Shown here piece by piece: positions 1-13,355 of a stretch of DNA of 64,000 nucleotides (positions are counted from its first letter, which is position 1; every line of letters starts with the position of its first letter). This DNA is from Octopus sinensis. Lineage: Eukaryota. The stretch lies in NCBI RefSeq assembly GCF_006345805.1, contig NC_042999.1, forward strand, positions 38,688,001-38,752,000. The letters run 5' to 3'. A program made the translations under genes and the position numbers. Under the pieces are notes generated by a model. It saw nothing but the letters and a program-made list of their open reading frames with translations. It ran no database searches and was not told where the DNA came from.

Positions 1-766
1 TTGAAATATAATGTACAAATCAAATGTAATGTACAACAAAAGTAAATACCCATACAATCAGTTCCCGAATTCAAGAAAAAAAATTAATTAAATATTACGT
101 GAAACTGGCAAAATATCCGACCATGTAATGTCGTAGTGTAGAAAATAATTATTAACAACGACACAAGTGTCAAGTTATAGCATTGTGAAACAAGGATTTG
201 TAAAAGTCTCATAAATATCTTATATTCGCTTTACGAATTTGCCTTAGTAATTTGAAAATCTGTTACTAGTGTATTTCTATTTGATTACACTCTACATTAT
301 ACTAATAGGAAGCAACAGCAATAGAGTTTCAATACTAGCTCCAATATCCTGTACAGATTATATTATGGCTTATTATCAAATTAGACAATTCTTCATTTCG
401 TAGTTTCTCTTGATAAAGCTTTCTTGACAAAAGACGGCTTTCATTACATTACTTCTGTCAGTGTTATTCCAATTACAATTCATATCTCTAAAAATACCAA
501 CTATGAAGGTTATTTTGTTCCTTTACATTTCAGTTCTACTCAGCCTTGTTGTTGTATTAGATTATTGTCAATTTATGAATGGACTTAGACGCGAATGCAA
601 TTACACACACAGACACACAGACAAACACATATAAATACACCCACGTGCATACACACACATGTATACACACAAACATGCGCGCGTGCATTTGTATAGAGGT
701 TTCGTATATGCAGGTTTCTAAGAATCACAAATACATGCATGTGTATATACATGCATATATATATAT

Positions 767-1140
767 ACTAGCAGTATCGCCCGGCGTTGCTCAGGTTTGT
801 AAGGGAAATAACTATAAAGCATTTTTAGAGAGTTATAGCCAAAAATAGCAAAAAAATGGGGAAAAAATGATGGTAAATTTTTTTTGAGAGTTAAAAAAGG
901 TGGAGTTGCGTCCCCTAGACGGTCTGTGGTTTGGGTTTCTGATTCTCGACCCCATGTCGAATTTATCGATTTTTTTCAGAACTAGGGGAACTTTTCAAAA
1001 TTTTCGCTGCGTTAGTTTTGAATTATGACATTGGGCTATGTGTGTGTCAAGTTTCATCAGAATCGGTTGAAAGCCGTGGTCAGGGTGAGGGTATGAGAAA
1101 CAGACACACAGAAAACGCACAGACAAACTGCCGTTTATAT
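767..1140 (+). mobile_element. Non-autonomous Helitron/Helentron-like element (Lep1/DINE-like)
   Basis: Starts ACTAGCAGTATCGCCCGGCGTTGCTCAGG. Contains AAGTTTCATCAGAATCGG and an ACAGAC-type repeat, and ends in TTTATATA running into (TA)n. This layout is typical of the group; assignment from memory. Confidence 0.55.
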
Positions 1141-1185
<45 letters not shown>

Positions 1186-1253
1186 TATATATATATATAT
1201 ATATATACATATATGTATGTATATATATATATATATATTATATATATATATAT

Positions 1254-1303
<50 letters not shown>

Positions 1304-1340
1304 TATATATAATATATATATATATATACATACATACATA

Positions 1341-1394
<54 letters not shown>

Positions 1395-1412
1395 ATATAT
1401 ATACATATATAT
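1141..1412. repeat. (TA)n compound microsatellite
   Basis: Directly visible, with TACA interruptions. Confidence 0.97.
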
Positions 1413-1774
1413 ACGTGTGCACACGCATACACCTTGTTTGAAACATGCATATATGCAATTGAGAGGGAGACAGAGGGGGAGAGAAAAAGAAAGAAATGGA
1501 GAGAGAAACAGAGACAAAGAGAAATTCTGTGTGCAGTCATAATATGCACTCTTGGAGACTTGGATTTATTAGATTGCATCGCGCATAAAATACATTTTCA
1601 GCTATTCATATTCGGTCAAATATGTTGCAGTGTCATGTTCGAGTGTAATTTGTTTAATGACCAGAGAAGAATGAGGTGTGAAGACGGATATTTATTTGCA
1701 TTTTAGCAGTTTATTGCGTAACATATTAAATTTAGCTGAGACACTTTTACTTTCTATCTGTGTGTTTTTGTATC

Positions 1775-2140
<366 letters not shown>

Positions 2141-2192
2141 GTATTTCGCTCACACACACGTACACACACTCTCTATCTCTTTATATATATAC

Positions 2193-2460
2193 ACTGGCTG
2201 AATTACCCAATAATACCCGAAAAAGGCAGGGTGTTTCCAGTTCCAATTCCCGTTCCCATTTCTCCTGCTTCATGCCCTATTCCGGTCCCTGTTCAGTTCC
2301 CGTTTAAATTACAAATAGATTTATAAATATATGCTGATGTGTGGTAGATATTTGATTTTGATTTTTGATTTTTCCAGTTTCAGCTCATGAGCTGTGGTCA
2401 TGCTGGGGCACTGCCATATTTACAAATAGATTTACAAATGCACGGTAACGTGGGATAGGG
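2193..2460 (+). mobile_element. Possible second Helitron-like 5' end plus SINE tail fragment
   Basis: ACTGGCTGAATTACCC resembles the head at 767. CAGTTTCAGCTCATGAGCTGTGGTCATGCTGGGGCAC resembles a reversed SINE 3' end. Confidence 0.25.
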
Positions 2461-4235
2461 TTAAAAAATACTGGCAAGTAATACAGTATCATAAAATGGA
2501 TTGATTATAATGGTAAGGTAATGTCAAATTTGAATTGGTGAATGGTTGAAAGGATGAGAGGATTGGCGACTTGCGACTATGAAACAATTGTTTGATGGTT
2601 GATTATTATCAATTTTGCGGGTCTTCCCTTTTGCTGTCACTTTGTGAAATTTGAAAATTACCTCAACATTTTGAAATTCGGTATATTGAAATAATTTTCT
2701 ACGTCAAATCAAATCTTATTTTGCTATTTATTTGTTGCAGAAAAAAAATATAGTAAATGTTATTAGGATTTAAAGCTTAATCTATTTTACTTAATCAGAA
2801 TGCAGGATTTGGAAGCTGGCATTTTCTGCATAGCACTTTATTATAAAATGAAAGCAAAATCATTAGGAGGAGCAATTTTTTTGCTAAACAAACGAAAGCA
2901 AAGCATTATGACGACGAAACATGGGGGAAGGTATGGCCTGACATAGAGTAAACAGAAAGTTATATAAAACATCCTATTGTAAAAATTGCGTGACAGTGAC
3001 AGTATATTCATCTACGGACAAAAATAAAAGTCATTATCTGTATTTTTATTGCTTCATTACGTTGGTAAATTAAAAAAAATCTTAATACATTGATTTGAAA
3101 ACAAATATAAAAACACTTTACCTTTCGCTTGTTAGTTTTACGTCTGTTGTTGGAATATTGTAAAGAGTTTGACTGCGTATGCGATAGTAAATTCACTAAA
3201 TCGTATGCATTAAGTGATAGGCAAAAACTAAAGAACAAAGTATTCGCTGTTCCCTTCAGTAAACACATTATCTCACTCCCATTCTGTCCCTGTCTCTCGT
3301 TTCCTCTTTGTCTCTCACATTCCCTGTCTCACTGAGTCTTTCTGTCTTCTCCCCTTCCCTGATATTAGCCACCCTCATTATGACACCACATTTTCCTCAT
3401 CCTAACACTCTTTTCACCATTCTCATTTTATCACATAATAGCCCAACTAGCGTAGCGGGCCCATTACCATTTTTTCTTGAAATCCAATTAGCCTATATTT
3501 GAGTTAGATATTAGTTTAACATGCATGCAAAGTCTCGTGAAGATTGGTTCCCTGGTAGCCAACAAGATAGTAATAGACAGAAATTGCCATTTATATATAA
3601 TATGTATATGAGTACATGTATATGAGTTCAGAGATATGTATTATCTGGGCAGATACCGTAGTAGATCTCAGTTGTGTTCCAGGTTACAGCTGACTACATC
3701 AATTAGCATTTGCCGTCTATGATTGTTTGGTGATGTCACTTACGAAGTAAATTCATACGATGGATTATTCTGTGTTCACTATACTTCGTTGTAATATTAT
3801 CCGGAATGTATATTTGCAATAATTATAACGATATCGGATATAGAGACCGGCACAGCCACGAAATTTTATTTTTTGGTATCTTATGCAACACATTAAATAT
3901 ATAGTGTATAACATACCGAAAAATAAAAGGAAATAATTTTGAGGATGTAACAGTGTCTATATTCTCTGTCGTTATAATTCGTCATCTTCTGAGAATTTTC
4001 CTCCTTCTCCTTCCTTTTCTACTCATCCACACAATGTGACAGTACACATCGGATTCAAATCTGATGAAGTGCCCCTCTAATGTCTGAAACTGCAAACATT
4101 ACGTAAACATTACGTAAAATGGCGTTGCAAATATTATTGGTACAGGAGCAATTGTAACGAAACATTAGATATGTGTTTAAAAGTTTTCTTTCTTTCCTTC
4201 GTATCATTTGTAAATATATATATACACAATAATAA

Positions 4236-4430
4236 CTATATAATAAATATAACATAGTAATGATAATAATGATAATAATAATAATAATAAATAATAATAA
4301 TAATAATATAATAATAATAATAAATAATAATAATAATAATAATATATATATATATATAATATATTATATATATATATATATATAATATAATATATATATA
4401 ATATATATATATGTATATATATATAGACAT
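4236..4430. repeat. (TAA)n followed by (TA)n microsatellite
   Basis: Directly visible. Confidence 0.95.
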
Positions 4431-4486
4431 GTGTATATTTACCTTGATTACAATTAACACGGTAAACATTGATAAATATCTACCAG

Positions 4487-4840
4487 GGTAGCAAAAAATC
4501 ACACAAGTAAAATGGGCGTAACTCCTTGTTTTTAAAGGTAGAAAGACCGGGTTACGTGAAATATTTTGTATAGTATATATAAATAAATAAATGGAGTAAA
4601 ACGCAGGTGTTATTCAAATTCTTTTTACTTCCGATACATGTTTCGAAGATATCATTGGTATTATTCCAAAGGAATAAAATTGTGAAAAACAATGTAATCT
4701 TCTCTTCAGGGAAATGAAGAAGTAAAACTCATCAATAAGACATTTTAATAGAATATGAAGGAAATGTAAAGTGACGAACTGTTTATATTTCCATCATATT
4801 CTGTTAAAATGTCTTATTGACGAGTTTTATTTCTTCATTT
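4487..4840 (-). mobile_element. Penelope-like element terminal repeat (pLTR) remnant
   Basis: Contains the hammerhead at 4629-4713. 4487-4570 is homologous to 51309-51390, and 4590-4713 is homologous to 28112-28231. Confidence 0.6.
4629..4713 (-). ncRNA. Type I hammerhead ribozyme, long stem II, one stem III mismatch
   Basis: Minus strand: ttcc-CTGAAGA-gaagat...(58 nt)...atcttc-GAAAC-ATGT-ATC-ggaa. Stem I is ttcc/ggaa. Stem II has gaagat/atcttc, cattg/caatg and ttattcc/ggaataa. The triplet is AUC with a C15.2-A16.2 mismatch. Confidence 0.7.
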
Positions 4841-6012
4841 GTAAATGATGCTATCTGAACTGTTACATAATATGTACTGTTAACTGTGTTGGAGATGCAC
4901 TTCATCAAACTGATTCAAGTTGGGTACTCTTCCTAAATTCAATAACAATGTATTTTACATTGTCTGTATAGGAAGGAAACACGACAGTAAGTACAAAAGA
5001 GTAGAAAAGGGAATACTGAAACCGGATGATTTCAACATTAATACCACCACCACTACCAACATCACCACCACAGATGAGGCGATGAGTTGTCTCGCCTGTC
5101 TATGACTTTCAGGTATTTTAACACCCAGTGCTTTGAGAGATTTATCGTCACCTCACCGAATCGCAGTGTACGGGCAAAGACATGAGGCATTTACGTTAAG
5201 TATGCGTGGTCGATAATGCTTATTACACAACGCTGCTTGTATTTCAGACTTGAATACATACATGCATACATACAACCCCAATAATATTATCTATGAAGCA
5301 AAACCAATATCAATGTAAGTGATAGCCACCGACCAGTAAGATACAAACATTTTCCTGGAATGAAATACAACTAAATAAGGCGACTGAGACATTAAAAATA
5401 ATAAAAAAGAACAAGCTTAACAAATATGTATTCCAATCATCAGCTGCTAAATGGATAACACGACGGTTACGACACCTGGCAAATACCATTCAATCACTGT
5501 GGTGTGTTACCAGCGTTAAAAATACAAACACTACACGGGAATGAATACAAGCAAAACAGTGTAATATGTCCAATACGCCAATAGTTGTTTATCACAAAAG
5601 CAACAACATCAAATGTCGTAATATCCACTAACAGTTACAGATCAGTACCTGTAAAACAAAAAAAACGTTATTTCCACATATACATATAAACTCACGCGCG
5701 CGCACATATGTAAATATAGTAGGTGGCTGAAAGAACGATATTATTGGTTTCCAGTTGAAATATATAATACACTTCCTTGCTTATGATTACATATATGTGA
5801 CATGCAAGGTAAGCGCGAAGTCTTGCTCAAAGCTTTTTATATAATAAATGCTTTGTAAAATTGCGCTAGTTGCCAACCCGGTGCGGGAAAATTTTCACAG
5901 AATTATGGCAACAGTAACATGATTATGTTGTGGAAAAAACCATGAGGTTCTTGAAAAAAAAAAACAAAAAAACACAGAAACTACGGCCATTTACCAAATT
6001 TACGTAAACTTA

Positions 6013-7352
6013 CACTGATTCAAATTATTAGCGATGTGTAATGAAAATTTATGTAAACAAGTGGATACCAGTTTAACTGCTTGGTGTACATATTGAAATA
6101 AATACATACAGTCATAAATATGGAAGAAATAGATATAAACAAATAAACGGCGTTCGAAAATGGTAGGTGAGCTGGGTAGTAACGGATATATGAGCCTTTC
6201 TTTGAAATAAGTTGAAAAGGGCGCAGGTCTATGGAAATACTAATTTCTGGATCTCTCTTCGGATGTTATACCATGAGATACATTTACTATCGCCTGTCAC
6301 AGTTCATTCTTGCTCCTATATTGGCGTACATTCTCGTAAATTCGTCGCTTTATGATACTCCACAAGTTTGAAATTGTGTTTAAGTCGGGGTAATAGGGAG
6401 GCCAATACGTCTTCCGAGGACCACAGAAACTGCTGCAGATACTCTGTAGTTTTCTCCACTGAGCGTGATGGCTCATCAACTTGCATAAATATTATGATTG
6501 TCTTCAAGGTTCAACGTGCTACCTCAGACAGGTTATGTAAGCATCCGCGGTCATTTTAACACCATAAGACACTTTCCAAGGACCAACTATAATATCTCTA
6601 GTAACACCTGTCCCAATTATGATGCCTCCTCCTGCTTCTTGGCGTTACAAGCATTGATGACGATCTTGTCCCTTTACAACCCTTCCCTCGCCTAAACCAC
6701 CCGCTCCATCAAGTGTAGCATGAGTTTCGTTCACAAACAAAACTTTTAAATGGTCGAACTTCGTGTTATCTTCTGCCAATTTCAGACGATTTTGTATGTG
6801 TATTTTGGTTGAAGGAGGCCTTTCAAATGATGTCATTGGTTTACCGACCTTTTTCAAAAGACCACATCGGGTAGTTCTGGACACACTTGTTTTGATAATG
6901 CACTTGAAAATTTCTCCACTTGTAAGACCTTGGTTTTTTTCCTAGCTTCACGCTTAATTCGTGAGAGGAAACTCAGAGAAATAGCACTCGACTAACTCTT
7001 GTCGGTTCACTTACGTACCTTCATAGGAACTGTAACAATTTTTTTCACAGATATTCTTAATGTTGATTTACCTTTTGCAAGTTTAGAAGTAATAACAGAT
7101 TTATCGGAAAAGGTTACGTCACATTTACGACCCATAGTTATACGATTATCAGACCACGAGTTAATAAGTTCAAAAGTTCGTGGAAATCATGCAAACGGCC
7201 ACAGTTTGTTTACTCTTGCGCAAAACCTCACGTCTTTTAACACACCACGCATATATAACAGTTGCCATCATTCTATTGAAATTCCGCTGAATTTCAACGA
7301 GTAGATTATAAATAAAATAGAAAATGTTACGTCAATAATAATTTGAAATGCA

Positions 7353-7355
<3 letters not shown>
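6013..7355 (-). mobile_element. Tc1-family (DD34E) DNA transposon, decayed
   Basis: Imperfect TIRs TA-CACTGATTCAAATTATTA (6011-6030) and TAATAATTTGAAATGCAGTA-TA (7336-7357), TA target sites, internal transposase remnant. Confidence 0.88.
6180..7135 (-). pseudogene. Tc1 transposase pseudogene
   Basis: MGRKCDVT... then RPPSTKIHIQNRLKLAEDN...KVLFVNETHATLDG, AGGGIII, IFMQVDEPS, WPPYYPDLNTISNLWSIIKRRIY. The catalytic motifs are degenerate, with stops, frameshifts and deletions. Confidence 0.88.
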
Positions 7356-7444
<89 letters not shown>

Positions 7445-7454
7445 TATATATATA
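7354..7454. repeat. (TA)n microsatellite
   Basis: Directly visible; continuous with the Tc1 right TA target site. Confidence 0.97.
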
Positions 7455-7815
7455 TGAGACGGCACTTGTTTACATGTCTTACTGTTTAATGATTATCTTC
7501 CCTCTATCACTTACTTTATCATCACCGATCTCCAATATATATGAAGTATTGACTTATTTATATAGACACAATAACACAGATACCATGTGTGGATAATCAT
7601 GATCATGATATTTCTATTCCTTCTTTCAACATATTTTGAATATTGAAAAGAAAACACAAGCTCGGGCAATTTTGCACTACTCTAACATACATGATATATA
7701 CTTTCAACCGTCCTACTTTACCAGTTAACCTGATTGACAAGTCTCTTAAACCTTTGGGGGTCGTTGGCGAGAGAAAGCCTGGAATGACCATCTCTCCTGG
7801 CTAAACTTATTTCTA

Positions 7816-7904
7816 CAGATGAGTGGACTGGATCAGCGTGAAATGAATTGTTTTGCTCGAGTGCACAACGGATCACCCAGTCCAGGGATCGAAACCACAG
7901 TCTT
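7816..7904 (-). mobile_element. tRNA-headed SINE fragment (family D)
   Basis: Reverse complement (GTGGTTTCGATCCCTGG...GAGCAAAACAATTCATTTCACG..CCAGTCCACTCA) matches the copy at 55001-55258. Confidence 0.6.
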
Positions 7905-8089
7905 ATTGACTGATTGTTTTACTGGCACACTCCGAAAAATACCCGATATATATATACATAATCATAAAATGGAGAAACCTTGAGATCCAAAAACGAACAA
8001 ATTGGACAACATAACATTTCTGTCACATAACAATTCTTACGACCGTTCCCGCTTCCAATGTCAGTCGGTGCCTACGAAAGAATTACGTA

Positions 8090-10480
8090 ACTAATATTCA
8101 TCTTCAAGAATATTCGAACTAGTACATGGAGTGAATAAAAAAGTTTCATATAAAATAAACAAAGGGAAGAGGGAATAGGAAAGGACATTAACTCAATATA
8201 TTAAAATCATACCATCTTCCTGCAGAGAGCTTCGAAGTCGATAGGCAAAAGAGTGAACTAGCAGTGGTCTTGGGAAATAGTTACGGGTTATTTTATATAA
8301 GAAGGGATCAGGGTGTTTGAAAGGTTGTGAAATGAAAAGATGAGACAAGAAAATTACTAACATGTCTAGAAAGAGAACAGAACTTATCGTAAAAAGGGCT
8401 AGTTAATATTTATCCAAAACAAAACCGTGGGGTTGTTATAACAGTGTACTTACTGAAATATTGTAGAGACCATCACCTGTTGCCCGTAATAGGATTGACC
8501 AAAGTCCATCCATCACTACAGTTGGTCAATTATATTTGAACGAAGGGCAAAAGTTGAAACCGTTTCAAGGGATATGTAAATATAGAAAAACAGGAAATAA
8601 AGGATGCGGGGATAAGTCTATGATATAAGTGGTACGAGGGAGCTTATGACCTTCCTCAATATCTCAACATAACATAATTAAAAATACATAGATAAATACT
8701 GTCAGATGAAATACTATAATGTATAATAACTAGTACAGGATGTGCATTTTAATATAATTACCTACAAAAATAAAGTTAGATTTTACATCCGAGATAGCAA
8801 ATAAAATTTCACGTAGTGGAAATAATGGAGACGCAAGTAGACGTGTACACGTGCCTAAGACAATTCGATTTTATAGCTACACGAAAGGGCACAAGCACAA
8901 ATCCACAAACATTTAAGCGATTAAAATTTAAGATCAAACCACATGTTAATTAGTACCATGATTATGATTCCCACGTTCCAACACAGCTTACTAAATATTA
9001 CTTAATATGTATTACATTATCTGAAAAGCTAGATTCTTCAAATCAATAACTTTAATAATTATTCAAAAATTATTTAAAAATGATATATTTTGGCTATATT
9101 TATTTATTTTGTTTTAATTTAATTTTATTTTCCTGCACCTTTTATACCATGGCTGTGCTAGTTGGCACTTGCCAACTGGATTTAATTCTCTACCAGTCTA
9201 TTGGTCAACCTCCACTTTAAATAGACCCGAATAATCCTACCCACTTAGAAATAACATTACCCCGCTATAGAATTTAATTTATTGTATCGAACTCAATTTT
9301 ACTTTTCTCCACGATAGATTGTATAGGTCTGTACTTGGACACTACAATAGCTGACTTCCCATGAGATATTAGTAAACTTAGGTTTCTTTTGTAGGACTAA
9401 CTGTGTAATTTGTTGGTGGACCTAGTATGGATACACTCATATAAGGACCAATATAATTATTAAATTTATTGATATGAACAATATAACTTCTAGGATAATG
9501 TAATACATATTAAGTAATATTTAGCAAACTGTGTTGGAACGTGGGAATTATAATCATGGTACTAATTAACATTTGATTTGATTTTAAATTTTAATATCTT
9601 AAATGTTTATGGTTTTGTGCGTTTGCCCTTTTGTATACCTATAGGATAGAATTTTCTTAGGCACGTATACACATTTACTTGTTTGTCCATTGTCATCACC
9701 AATTGGAGTTTTATTTACTAAGATGTGAAATCTAACATTATTTTTGTAGGTTAATATATTAATATACACATCCTGTACTAGTTGTCTCCCCTTAACTATT
9801 GCACATTATAGTATTTCGTCAGACAGTATTTATCAATACATTTTTAATTATGTTATGTTGAGATATTGAAGAAGGTCATAAGCGCCCTCGTACCACTTAT
9901 ATCAAAGTCTTCTCCCCGCATCCTTTATTTACAGTTTTTCTTTATTTACATATCCCTTGAAACGGTTTTAACTTTTGCCCTTCGTTCAAATATAATTGAC
10001 CAATTGTAGTGATTGATGGACTTTGGTCAATCCCATTGCTGACAACAAGTGGTGGTCTCTACGATATTTCAGTAAGTACACTACTATACGAACCCTACGG
10101 TTTTGGTTCCCACAAATATTAACTAGCCCTATTTATGATAACATAAGTGCTGTTCTCTTTCTAGACAAGTTACTAATTTTCTCGTCGTATTTTAGTGTTA
10201 ACTTCCTTTCACAACATTTTAAACACCCTGGTTTCCCCCTTTATGTAGAAATAACCCGTGAATATTTCCCAAGACCAGTACTTGTTCACTCTTTTGCCTA
10301 TGGAATTCAAAGCTCTATGTTGGGAGATGGTATGATTTTCATATATTGAACCTCTTGGATTCTCCTCAAGACCATGTTCTTTTCTATTCCCTCTTCTCTT
10401 TGTATATTTTATTTAACCCTTTTGCAACTCTGATGAAGCCTCATGTACAAGTTCGAATGTCATATGAAGATGACGAGTAT
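8090..10480. repeat. Long imperfect inverted repeat (arms ~8090-9021 and ~9494-10480, spacer ~470 bp)
   Basis: The arms align as reverse complements along their length. For example, 8522-8580 vs 9944-10002 has one mismatch in 59 nt. Confidence 0.93.
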
Positions 10481-10490
10481 TATATACATG

Positions 10491-10492
<2 letters not shown>

Positions 10493-10569
<77 letters not shown>

Positions 10570-10835
10570 GCGCACAAACACCCCCACACACACATATATA
10601 TTATATATATATATATATATAAATATATGCGATATGTTTATTTATATTAGTAGTCTTGACTTTAAGAGTCCCTCAAGCGTGTGGCATTTATGTGTAATAA
10701 TGGCATATATATAATATAAATAAGTATATTTAAGTAGAAAAATTGGTGGATTTTTTTTTATCTTTTGAGGTTTTTCACGCTAACTACTTGATAAATTCTT
10801 ATGAATATTTTATCCTATTTTAAAATTATATATAT

Positions 10836-10928
<93 letters not shown>

Positions 10929-10930
10929 CG
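10493..10930. repeat. (CA)n and (TA)n microsatellite cluster
   Basis: (CA)n at 10493-10562 and (TA)n at 10828-10928. Confidence 0.9.
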
Positions 10931-10990
10931 GAACTACTAGAACACTCTTTGCTATATCCGACGGAGTAGCAATTAATATAAACGGTGAAA

Positions 10991-11061
10991 GCTATGTGAG
11001 TGAGTATGGTAGACGGGAACTGAAAGAAGACTATTCTATATTTGTATATTATAGGTATATA

Positions 11062-11109
<48 letters not shown>

Positions 11110-11323
11110 ACATGCGTGTGGATGTGAGTGTGTCCTACCATTATCATCACCCGATGATTGTTACTGGTGCGTCTCCTTCCCTGTATATATGCGGTTCGGC
11201 AAAAAGAACTGATGGAATAGCTATCTGGCCTTAAAAATATAAGTACTAAATTCCATATATTCAACTAAAAATTCAAGACCGCGCCCCAGCATGGGGGCAG
11301 TCTAATTAATGAAACAGGTAAAA
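10991..11323 (+). mobile_element. SINE family A, 5'-truncated and degenerate
   Basis: GGTAGACGGGAACTGAAAGAAG, internal (TA)/(TG), GCGGTTCGGCAAAAAG and CCAGCATGG match the copy at 46832. Confidence 0.7.
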
Positions 11324-11324
11324 T

Positions 11325-11420
<96 letters not shown>

Positions 11421-12240
11421 AATTATTTCCTTAATTAATATGCTACCTGAAGCTGTAATTTCTATGCAAATACTGATTCTGAGTATGCTAATAACTAGCG
11501 TGTTCAGAGAGAAAACAAACATACATTTAAGTTATATGTCTTTTGCGAATGTTAAATTGATTTAAAATCATAAAATAAGTTGAGAAAATACTGATCATGT
11601 GATTACACTTTCATACAAAGCATTTTCAATTCACGCTGTTGTATAAGTCAATTTTATGTGTAATTTATCCGTTAGATCCTCAAATATAAATTGAAAGGAA
11701 ATCTAATTAACATATATGAAGTAAAAAAGGAACATGTGAAATCCATAGCAATCTTTGCGCCTGGCATCCAATAAACTGGAGAGAATAAATTAAAAAAGAA
11801 AATATTTAATTACCCGAATTTTATTTACAAATTATACATCAAAAGAGATACGGATTCAAGCGTTTGGAGAAATCCATCATGTGATATATTCCATTAATTT
11901 TTTGCCAAGTAGCACAACAAATATCAAGTTATTGATATCAGATTTGTAATAAGAATTATATGCATACGAGGAATAATATTTTCTGAGTAACATTTATTTC
12001 TATTATAGGTACAAGGCCTTAAATTCCGCGGAGAGATTTAACCGAATCAAGTAATTGATCTCCAGGCAAAGTCGACTTTGGCGATGCTTTGACGTTTTCT
12101 GAGACAAAATTGGGTTGATAGACTTAATGTAGGTGAAAGGGTTAATTTGATGATAGACTGAACCTGTCACCCGGGTTTCCGACACCATCTGGAAACATAG
12201 TCACCTTTCGAGAGGCCTTTAATTTTGCACACTTTCTTAC

Positions 12241-12295
12241 CCGATCTGTCGTTTTAGAACGCCTTCCTGCTAGCCACACATTAGTCGTAGGAGCA
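12241..12295 (-). CDS. Candidate 55-nt internal exon (APTTNVWLAGRRSKTTDR), unverified
   Basis: Acceptor tttctgttatctttttatcAG and donor GTaaga. Only one frame is open. Product not recognised. Confidence 0.3.
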
Positions 12296-13194
12296 CTGAT
12301 AAAAAGATAACAGAAATAATCGTACAATTCAAATTGCGATACAAAGCCGTTTTACTCGGCAATTTTTAAGAGTTTACTGTTTCCATGCTCTTAAATTGTC
12401 TGTTATATTGCAAATGATATTCCGAGGCCTTGCGAGTTATTGTTACATGACATCAATACTATGTAAGCCAAAGAAGTTAAATCTCTTGCCAATTTTTTCA
12501 CTAAAGTAATCGGAAAACCATCATTAATTTCGACATTAAATCCAACCTATCCCTTTCATCATTATTATCACCATTATTGTAGAAAAAGTAAAACAAGAAT
12601 CAATAAAACAACCACGACTACTATAGGTCATATAATTAACCTCAAACAAAGAATTGAAATGTAGCGAGAATCAAATTTCATAACAAAAAGAAAAATTCTT
12701 CATAAGCTTAAAAGCTATGCTAATGAAAACTATACTTCTTTTTTGCGCAAAAACAGATCTGATTAAATGTTTGAAGCAAATTTATTGGCCAACGTCCAAG
12801 CAATAAGTAAGTTTGCATGGTTTATTTCTCAAGCGGTTTTCTGCCAAAATAATTTTAACACATCATAATATTACTCTGCTTGAAATCACAATTTGTTTAA
12901 TAATTTATCCTGTAAATTAAAATGTTTTATGAGATTATTAGATTGCTTACATATAATCCTACGTAGAAAAACGAATCTTGTACATTAAGTGGCCAAGATT
13001 TCGGTCCAAATCATTTATACATACATGCACACACGAATCCACACGCATACGCACACATGCCTTTATACATTGTGTATGTGTGCATTTATATATTTATATC
13101 TATATACATTTGTGTAAATAAATACATGTAATAGATATATATCTATGTCTATATTCATTAGTGTATTCACACGCACACACACACATACATAAAT

Positions 13195-13355
13195 GTGTCC
13201 TGGGTGTGACTTCAAAATATATCCCTAGCCAGTGAGGCCCTTGTTCGGATTTTGAGGAATTAGAAACCACTTCTTGCCCACTATTGTTTTGACGTCTACG
13301 CTAGTCTGAAGTTGCAACACCAGTTTGGGTCCAGCTATGTGTTAACCTATTATGT
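13195..13355 (+). mobile_element. Degenerate interspersed repeat (SINE-like)
   Basis: GTGTCCTGGGTGTGACTTCAAAA...GTGAGGCCCTTGTTC resembles a common Octopus repeat; recognised from memory only. Confidence 0.3.

Noticed and set aside
4057-4095. CTGATGAAGTGCCCCTCTAATGTCTGAAACTGC as a hammerhead
   Set aside because: Core spacing is right, but stem II barely pairs and there is no NUH triplet or stem I. At most a relic.
9030-9490. GIY-YIG coding remnant in the spacer of the long inverted repeat (YIG and ISWEV on the minus strand)
   Set aside because: The motifs are short, in different frames and lack the surrounding conserved residues.
10430-10461. CTGATGAAGCC...CGAATGTC as a hammerhead
   Set aside because: GAAA is broken, stem II is unpaired, and the motif is missing from the other arm of the inverted repeat.
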